A DNA stretch of 64,000 nucleotides, taken from Tubiluchus corallicola. Taxonomy: Eukaryota > Animalia > Priapulida. The position numbers were made by a program, and so were the translations under genes. The notes beneath the pieces were generated by a model that had not been told where the DNA came from, ran no database searches, and saw only the letters and a program-made list of their open reading frames with translations. Shown here in pieces: positions 57,701 to 64,000 of the stretch. Where the stretch lies: assembly GCA_030141605.1 (NCBI GenBank), contig JAQGDQ010000134.1, positions 456,816 through 520,815 of the forward strand. Direction: 5' to 3'. Position 1 is the first letter of the stretch. The number at the start of each line of letters is the position of its first letter.

Positions 57701-60700
57701 TTCAAAAAGTCAAAAGAGGTCACACCTGGGCATTTCTCAATCGTGCATATCACTTACAAGTTCATCAGAAACAGAATTTCTCTGATCTATATCAGTTAAC
57801 ACAAAATGTTACACAAATCAAAAGTGCCTAAAAACCCTTGATTTTAGATTATAGTACACTTTGTATAATAAATCCACCTCCGTGAGAAGCTAAATGGATT
57901 TATTAACCGGCTAGATTTAAGTCACCGAAGAGACCTGCTAAGTTGCGTTTTCTATGTTATTTCAGTGCATATTTGTTTGTTTAACATAATTAGATCTCTA
58001 ACCTTGTATTTGACTGACAATCTGAATTGTAACATGTAAAACACTGTAAGTTAGACTGCCAATGATAAAAAATTAAACAAAAAATGCAAAAGTGTAAAAT
58101 GTGTTTAGAACAAAGGTGCTGATCTAGCTCAAGTTAAAACACAAGACAATCATGCATTCTTACTTCACAATTTTCTCGTCTACACAAAGCACAAAATGGA
58201 TTTATAAAGCAAAGCTTGGATTTAATAAACTGCAGATTTTAGTAGGTTAAAGCATTGTACAGTTCGGTTCCAGCCATAATGATCGCAATGAGAGGTTTGA
58301 TTTATTACCCGTGGATTTATTAAGCGGATTCTGCTGTATTTGATTTGTTTTTCACATCTGATAGGCATTAGCACTAATAATTTCCTAAAGATGTGGCTTT
58401 GCTTAACTGGAAATGCTCAACCACATGAGGTTTATCTGCAGGATACTAAAGTGGTGATTCTTTTTGCCACATTTTGCATCAGACTTTCACAGAGGTAAAC
58501 AGTCAGAATCAGTACGGCGAATGAATCCACTGGGTCACTGAACGGGCATGGTGTGGATTAATTTCAGTTGTGAAGCACACACATGACAATTCGGCTATTC
58601 ACCTCGATTGTCCTTGTTGTTGCTGCTGCTACTATGTTACTATGACTGATATGAAAATCTAAATAACAACAAGTAAATATAACACAAGAAAAATCAACGA
58701 CATTACCATCTGGAAGACAGGCAGTGGCTTCATACCATTGAAAAATTACAGCTAGAAGTCGTCCAATTGTCTCCTGAAAAACAAGATGACATCAGGTGTG
58801 CATAAGTTGTATACAGTATTCAAAATGACACAATGATGTAATCGGAGTATAATTGACATGCTGATATTTAAATCAACAAAAACATGAAGGGATACAAAAA
58901 ATGGTTCTAAACGCCACACTTCATAACTTCATAAATACGTGTGTAGAGATCTCTTTTTTGAGATAAAGCAGCGCCCTTGTCAATTACGTAATACCGAAGC
59001 CCACTTCTGGTTGAATGCTAACAAGATAACAGAGTAGTTTTCACAAAAAAATCACTCAGAGAGCGGGAAACCGCACAGGCGATTATTTCACTATGCGGTT
59101 TCCCACATTATGTTCAAACAGGCCATAAAACCAATTGTTGTAGGCTGAAACATTATGAAAAATATACATCTTCATATGTTCACATACACATCTATACATC
59201 TTCATTAAAAACAATATACATGCAAGTGATTTTCTTCATACAAATGGTTTTTCAGAGAACAATGTAAACTTCAGTTGTTACTGGTAACAGAATCTCCATT
59301 CATTGTTGTCCTTGTGCACAATGTTTAGTTTTAGAACTCATTTGATTTACTAACATAAAAAGTACAAGAACTGAGCGAACAGCAGAAGATAAAGCAAATT
59401 CGAAATGACAGGCAATTCTATAGTGTATTAAAAGTGTTAATACCTTGAGTTTATGTATTCGAATCTCTGGACGAGAAAAAATGGATAGGGTATGAACCTT
59501 TTTTTGTTTTCTGTCACCCCTTATAGTGATATTATATTATCAACTGATAGAGTATTTCACCACATGTAATACACATAGCTACACTACTGCTTCACAGGAT
59601 TAGCCATATAACCTCAAACTACTAGAGACTCTAGTTCAATCACAAAAACGGATAGAAAACTTGCCAAAAACGATCTAGTGTCTTTCTTTTAATTGAACCT
59701 ACAATATGGCTTGTGGACTAGTATGCTATGTGACAATATAGTTTAAAGTTTCTTTTTAAGTTTAACTATGACCACTTTTTCACCGCCTCAAATGTTTACA
59801 ACGATTTGCTGGCAGGCTTTCAATTTTTTTCAATTCAATTCAATTCAAATTTATTGTTTAATATAATACTACACTAGCATGTTGATTTTCAGTAAAATCA
59901 ATAATTTTCATAAGCAAACCTGGTAGCAAGATTACTATTAGTTAGAATGAAAATTAGAAAGAGACTGCAAAAAGCTAGAGTGTAGTATGTCATCTTTTTT
60001 TCATTTTTCTTAATGTACAAAAATGAAGTAAATGTGACGAAAAAAGAAATGACAGAGGCTGAAAAAATGGTCAACATGAAATATGAGCAACTGTAACACC
60101 AGTGAGAACAAGATTTCCGCTAAAAATACTTTTTAATTGGTAGACTACAATGTTATAATTACAAAAAACGACAGGGAAAAAGTGCCAATAGATTTTAAAT
60201 TGAAGTACCAATGCTAATGTGACTAACAAATATCTTGTTCCTATTCTGCAGATGTCTGCTATGATATCTATGTTAATAGTGGGTTTGTTAGTCATACAAG
60301 CAGTATCTCCTAGTGGGCATTACGATAACTACAAGCAACTTGATGGGAATTCGAGAAAAATTCGAGAATCTGAAGAATTTGTGGACGTACGTAAGATGAT
60401 CGGACAATGTCGAACTCAACGAAAGAGAACCGGCATTTCCAGACAAAATGAAAGGTCTAAAAACTGTGAAAAATGTGCAAATGATCCAGAGTTTGATCCG
60501 TCATCTTCAGAAGACGTTTCTACTCCAAAGGCTGACACAGAGTTGTCGATGCAAGAACAGAATACTTACGAAAAGTGCTGCAGTGCTGATGAAACACACG
60601 AGGCATGCGTTGACTTCTTAAAGGGCATTGAATAAGTGCATAAAAGATTAATAGATGAATCTCTTAGATAGATAACCTTCGTAAGCTACATTTCAAATAT

Positions 60701-62822
60701 GTAACATCGAAAGGCACTTTACTAATTTACTCATTTAATAGCTCATTTATTTATAAAATAGGCCCTATAATCAGTTAAAACAGCAAGTTAAAACATAACG
60801 AGTTCAATAAAATGGCTAGCAGTCATTTACAGCAATTGTTCATGCCTAAGATTATTTCTGCTGGCTATGTCATCATGTTTAATTTTGAATTTACTATGCC
60901 CAGAGTTTTCACAAAACATTTCAAGTTACGATAACTTTGTGATCCTTTTAGACTACCAGAAATCCCCAATGATTCGTAAGTAAGTAAATGATGCGTTATT
61001 ATGGTAGTCTAAACACATGTAAATGATTCAGCTTTGGGTGAATACTAATGAAATTCAATTTGTACATTATTTGAGAGACACGCTTTCCCAACGACTTCTT
61101 TACCATGAGATACGCAATCAGACGCCCAAATTTTTTGCGTGTGACCTCTGCTTTTGTCTTTAAGTATAGTTTTAAGGCTTGATTACGAAGGCTTGATTAC
61201 AGTAAAAATTATTTTCTTCAAAAGACTGCCTGTACATCCTTTCTGATTTATAGGGGATTTAGCTGTGGCCACTGAGAAGTACAAGCTAAAACAGTTCTTA
61301 TGATAAACATGACACGTTTTCAAACAAGCAGCAAAATAGCAAAGTGAACCCACTCTAGTTGAGCTCACTGAAATTTTAAAATGAAGAAAATTATTACCAG
61401 CGGGATGCTAGCATTAGGTTGGCACAACTGAACTATCAGCCAAATTCCATATCTACTGAGAAGCCTCCGCTCTTCCACTTTCTCTCCTTCGCCCGCCTCT
61501 TCTCCATCTACTTGCATGGACTGTCGATGCTTCTCCTGCTCAGAGGTGGCCAGTAAGTCTAACCTGTGCTTGACCTCTACTTGAGCCTCTTTCATTAAAC
61601 TGTGAAATTAAATACCAGTCAGAATTAGTAAGAACTTTTACAATTTAACAGATTCAAATTTGCTAGTGATTGACAATAGAATCAAGTATTGTATGAAGTA
61701 ATGAAATGCACAGAACTTCTGTTTCTTATGAAAAATTCTAAGTAGGGGTGAGCATTCTCTATCAGAAAGCGAATTCGAATCAAACCAAATTTCAGTATTT
61801 CGAATCCGAATCGAATTCGAATTGAGTTTGAAAGACTTTCGAATCAACAGTAAAAAGTGGTTTTACAAAGATCATGCATATTACTTGATTTTGTTCTGCA
61901 GTAAAACCACTATTAGTTTGTTAAAAATTTTACACAGAAATTGCAGCTAAATTGTGTTAATTGCATGTTGTTTCAAACATTTTAACGACAAAGAATGTAT
62001 GTGGCTGAAGTACTGAATTATTTGAATCTATAATTTTAGGTTCGAATCGAAGTAAGTAATGTGTTTTAGCAAAGTGGTTTTACTGAAACTTTTTTCATCT
62101 GACAACTAAAAAATTTCCTCCACGACGAAAAGCACTAACTGTCTAGAACACCAAAGTTTTACATCAACTGAACTGGAAAAAAAGGTTACCGCTCCTAGAA
62201 ATAACATAATTCAAAATGGCTGCTTGTCAAATAATCAAAGGACAGTTGAGAAGACACAGATAGATTTTCCGGCCCCTTACTACACAGTATTACACAGGGA
62301 TTACACAGTACCTAAACCACCATTACAAGAGTCCACTTTTAGCCCTTAACATGACCAGTTGCTGTAGAATCAGACTCAATACATTTTTTAAGAAACTGGA
62401 ACACCAACAAAATTACAAGAAAAGTTGTTGTAGAACAAGTGGCGCTACCTGACAATTGCTTCCACAAGATATCCTCTCAATTCGTTGTCACATTCCCAGA
62501 TGGAAGGCAGGATAGCATGAAAAATATGATCGCCGCCCTGGTGTTCATTGTGTCTATTATCGTGACATGTCTTGCAGTAGCGGATCGGACGGTTGCGGTT
62601 GTAACTAGCGCACTCAAACGAGAAGCAAGTTGAGAATCCAGTGCGGTCGGAAGACATGCAGTTTTTGTTCTCGCACTTGAGTGACACGTATTCCATCGGG
62701 AGAAGGATGTCAGCCAAGTACTCTGGATGCTGCTGACGTACCTCGTCACAGCACACCTGGCAGAGAAATAATGGAGGTGGTCGCTCACCAAGTTCGATAG
62801 AGCAGGCTGGATCTATACACGT
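15526..62822 (-). CDS. unc-79: Protein unc-79 homolog (NALCN/UNC-80 channel complex subunit), spliced, 5' part beyond window end
   Basis: 44 phase-consistent exons: 62449-62822, 61398-61599, 58707-58773, 57554-57591, 56318-56421, 55581-55757, 51155-51278, 49540-49659, 48607-48738, 47883-48068, 47040-47201, 45736-46080, 44672-44820, 44008-44165, 42770-42951, 41803-42004, 41267-41500, 40405-40497, 39019-39140, 38115-38300, 37257-37439, 36995-37157, 34577-34703, 33840-34011, 32580-32741, 31906-32130, 31314-31485, 29852-30703, 28761-28893, 27589-27885, 26853-26968, 26219-26301, 25543-25782, 25158-25268, 24479-24583, 23866-23952, 22594-22635, 21581-21670, 20721-20899, 20212-20452, 19200-19340, 16979-17056, 16273-16317, 15526-15705. 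Recognisable UNC-79 motifs: CENKNC..CFSFECASYNRNRPIRYC, PEYARVGGHW, CITLPSGADVFW, WEFFYNRFD, RYLPWL..PPSAMQQGPKEF..HIRLLSWLLLGSL, DFWGRVTPGVLQL, and C-terminal AATQFYTV*. Confidence 0.93.
20212..20899 (-). CDS. unc-79: unc-79 conserved C-terminal exons (20721-20899, 20212-20452)
   Basis: LNEDTLGG..LKAGVAQY..RYLPWL..QQG/PKEF..LLSWLLLGSL. Confidence 0.92.
20975..21425. repeat. Degenerate minisatellite, about 58-60 bp unit, about 7 copies
   Basis: Recurring aacaatga(a/g)ct(a/t)tccc..cttccttaatgtgattact. Confidence 0.7.
24770..25056. mobile_element. Degenerate copy of the TTCGAA MITE family
   Basis: Ends ttcgaatcaaattcgaacatttgatgctcaccccta, the same right terminus as the 48802-49074 copy. Confidence 0.6.
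28568..28644. mobile_element. Tiny Tc1/mariner-like MITE (family 4); second copy at about 58260-58337
   Basis: CAGT..ACTG termini. Internal ttccagccataa..gatttatta..ggatttactaag is shared with the 58260 copy, which is TA-flanked. Confidence 0.5.
29852..30703 (-). CDS. unc-79: unc-79 large exon encoding a low-complexity region with about 10 HSxxSxE(D/N)L repeats
   Basis: 852 nt, phase 1-1, ttttag acceptor and gtaaca donor, in frame with both flanking exons. Confidence 0.85.
33205..33560. repeat. Degenerate dispersed repeat rich in ATCCG/CGGAT motifs (DNA-transposon subterminal-like); similar motif clusters at 1-140 and about 3120-3160
   Basis: Many CCGGAT/ATCCG/GATATTCG motifs in an otherwise CpG-poor intron. 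Confidence 0.45.
35401..35550. mobile_element. Short fold-back MITE (family 2)
   Basis: About 35-bp inverted repeats aaaataaaaatgacagccagcacccacttaagaaaa / ttttcttaagtgggtgctggctgtcatttttatttt. Confidence 0.7.
37883..38051. mobile_element. Fold-back MITE-like element (family 3)
   Basis: Imperfect inverted repeats ggtgtttacctgtcatcaggaatg / cattctggatgccaggtaaacacc. Confidence 0.55.
38590..38888 (+). mobile_element. Possible non-LTR retroelement 3' remnant
   Basis: GC-richer intronic block ending in a (TAT)n tail; no intact recognisable ORF. Confidence 0.3.
39895..40265. repeat. Pentamer microsatellite region with a pure (CTACT)n core at about 40051-40124
   Basis: CTACT/CTAAT/CCAGT pentamers seen directly. 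Confidence 0.9.
42330..42820 (-). repeat. 105-bp tandem array duplicating the 3' end of an unc-79 exon plus its 5' splice site (4 extra copies)
   Basis: Near-identical units at exact 105-bp spacing; the TTG|GTAAAA junction recurs at 42770, 42665, 42560, 42455 and 42350. Confidence 0.95.
45736..46080 (-). CDS. unc-79: unc-79 exon
   Basis: ..ARAVTLTDTDV..FWHTSQGKFKFTLDELPSQL; 345 nt, phase 0. Confidence 0.9.
48802..49074. mobile_element. Non-autonomous hAT-like MITE with TTCGAA-rich subterminal repeats
   Basis: Terminal inverted repeats TAGGGGTAAGCAT / ATGCTCACCCCA; flanking 8-mers GTGAGCTT / TTGAGCTT (7 of 8 identical, TSD-like). Confidence 0.7.
49095..49430. mobile_element. Degenerate adjacent copy of the TTCGAA MITE family
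   Basis: Shares agatcatgcata..cttgattttgttctgcag and ttgcagctaaa blocks with 61743-62052. Confidence 0.6.
50780..50972 (+). mobile_element. Possible LINE (L2/CR1-type) 3' UTR remnant
   Basis: Ends in AATAAA followed by an (ACTTGA)n tail. Confidence 0.35.
52572..53573 (+). CDS. Orphan class A (rhodopsin-like) GPCR, 333 aa, intronless CDS, nested antisense in unc-79 intron 51279-55580
   Basis: Seven hydrophobic segments, N-terminal N-glycosylation sequons (NFS, NFT), LLANLA in TM2, Cys at the top of TM3, DRYIAIVYPL, Trp in TM4, ECL2 Cys, NICIY in TM7, basic helix 8 followed by Cys. Confidence 0.9.
   Translation: MNNFSSEYNFTLLSNEVISTGLENPFTNPIYKSGIIVFTLSLVVLDLFVVRAILSTKTLWSSGNLLLANLATSHACFGTFQICMNVQRIIYQKFSLASCFFNIFSTYAFLLSGMLTHTSMTIDRYIAIVYPLHHSMICTINRIRIVIACQWMYCIIIGMLAMMRVMMGESDGKFGNCIPTRHIYHAFALFYSAHYFLLLLVLMFVYSRVFNIVLQHKKRVTPMTHLPGAEQQYFSTRKRIKTALSVFLLTSVTVFSLSPTFVHSIFYHTGRLSSAFGVAKKVANIMLVLTGILNICIYFYKIKELRGILARLLCRKPQNNAQAIVVVAAIAQK
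55326..55440. mobile_element. Second copy of fold-back MITE family 2
   Basis: gtcagcacccacttaagcaaaga .. tctttgcttaagtgggtattgac; internal ttttattcag..catctgcaaca is shared with the 35401 copy. Confidence 0.65.
60252..60635 (+). CDS. Secreted six-cysteine neuropeptide/hormone-like precursor, 127 aa, nested antisense in unc-79 intron 58774-61397
   Basis: ATG directly follows a pyrimidine-rich acceptor (ttcctattctgcag|ATG). Hydrophobic signal peptide (MSAMISMLIVGLLVIQAVSP), dibasic sites (RK, RK, RKR), Cys frame C-x18-C-x2-C-x33-CC-x8-C, and AATAAA at 60806-60811. Confidence 0.75.
   Translation: MSAMISMLIVGLLVIQAVSPSGHYDNYKQLDGNSRKIRESEEFVDVRKMIGQCRTQRKRTGISRQNERSKNCEKCANDPEFDPSSSEDVSTPKADTELSMQEQNTYEKCCSADETHEACVDFLKGIE
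61743..62052. mobile_element. Copy of the TTCGAA hAT-like MITE family (right end truncated)
   Basis: Starts TAGGGGTGAGCATT; internal gaatgtatgtggctgaagtactgaattatttgaatcta..ttaggttcgaatc matches 48942-49000. Confidence 0.7.
62449..62822 (-). CDS. unc-79: unc-79 exon, N-terminal Cys/His-rich region
   Basis: TCIDPACS..PPPLFLC..CENKNC..PIRYCKTCH..H; cag acceptor, gt donor. Confidence 0.9.
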
Positions 62823-62904
62823 CTGAAATGCATTAATAAGAATAAGAAGAATAATAAAAAATTTACTAGCCAAAACCCGAAAAAGAATGTTGCAAATAAA
62901 CTCA

Positions 62905-63095
62905 CAATAACCACCCACACCACACCACCCACACATCACACCACACAACCACCCACCTCACTCCACTCACAACACACCACCCAAAATACTCCACACTTCT
63001 CACTCCATACCGCAACACAACACCACACCTCACCATCCACACCATACCACAACACCACACCACGTACACCATAGCACACCACCTGCAACACATCA
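62905..63095. repeat. (CACCA)n-like low-complexity repeat
   Basis: C/A-only pentamer-like tract. Confidence 0.8.
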
Positions 63096-64000
63096 CTCCA
63101 AATAACTTATTATTCGTATAGCACATCACATCACGTGATCTCAAGGGGCTATTTAGAAAGTCTGTTATAATTTGCAATTACATATACAGTTATTATAAAA
63201 TGAATCATTCTAATATCACAAAGCCACACTAATTGTAGTGCCATAAAATCAGTTTTAAAACCAATCGTTACAATTGTACCAATATACTCTACACTAATGT
63301 ACAGATATTACTATGATCCATAATGCTGCCTAAACAGGTGTGCTTTTAAATGCTGCTTAAAATTTTGTAATGATGGCAATTGACACATTAGCCATATGTC
63401 ACTTCATGAATTTTTGTGAAGCACTAATGAAAGAATGTGTTAAAATCTTAGAAAAGAAAAGTACAAATTCATGCAAAATTTCATACCATTTATATACAAA
63501 AATATGTTGCAAAGTATAACATTAATTTCCATACAATTAATGTTATGAAAATTGTATCAGAATGTTCAAATATCTCACAAACAAAAAGCCACACTCACAC
63601 AGCTCTACTGCATTAACTTCCTACCTTAGTCTGAACAAAAACATATTTTTTATTTTTGTTCAAAAACTCCACTGCATCAATTTTTTCAAACCAGCATTGT
63701 TAATGCAATCTAAATTTTGTTCTAACGTGTAAGACCTGCTATAGAAAATTGACTACTATTATTATTATTATTGGAGCAGTTGTTGTTGTTGTGATTATTT
63801 TTATTGTCACTGTTCAAGACTCCAAATTCAATACAAATATACTAACTGCACAATAAATACGAAATAAATAAACTTACGAACTCAATGTAAATAAACTAAC
63901 GGTTTTAGTTGCCGAATTAGCAAGGAAGCTGCTAAGAGCAAAAGTTCTACTTTGATCATATGGGATTCAAGTCAGCTAACAGTTAGAACTTAAAAAACGT

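Noticed and set aside
62902-63177. Trp/Cys/Val/Gly-rich ORF, and the N-terminal extension of ORF 62445-62948
   Set aside because: Translation of a (CACCA)n low-complexity tract within an intron.
63874-64000. Possible additional upstream unc-79 exon near the window end
   Set aside because: Candidate splice sites exist but no frame gave a recognisable UNC-79 sequence.

Overview
AT-rich, intron-dense animal genomic DNA (an invertebrate, probably a lophotrochozoan; the species cannot be named from sequence alone). I reconstructed three spliced genes by reading GT-AG junctions and checking exon phase. (1) SCPx/SCP2, the peroxisomal thiolase plus sterol carrier, lies on the minus strand: ATG at 11261, 15 exons visible, 3' end off the left edge. 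(2) A 3-exon cytochrome c oxidase subunit 7A-like gene lies on the plus strand (11736-13553), head-to-head with SCPx across about 470 bp. (3) unc-79, a NALCN channelosome subunit, lies on the minus strand: 44 exons visible from 62822 to the stop at 15526, 5' end off the right edge. Two antisense genes are nested in unc-79 introns about 6.7 kb apart: a class A GPCR with an intronless CDS and atypical motifs (52572-53573), and a secreted six-cysteine neuropeptide-like precursor (60252-60635). Other notable structure: a 105-bp tandem array that copies an unc-79 exon/intron junction into four frame-preserving AG-[45 nt]-GT candidate micro-exons; a lineage-specific-looking 'HSxxSxEDL' protein repeat in an 852-nt unc-79 exon; a promoter-like first exon inside a late unc-79 intron; and several MITE families and LINE/LTR remnants. 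No rRNA, tRNA or CRISPR array was found.
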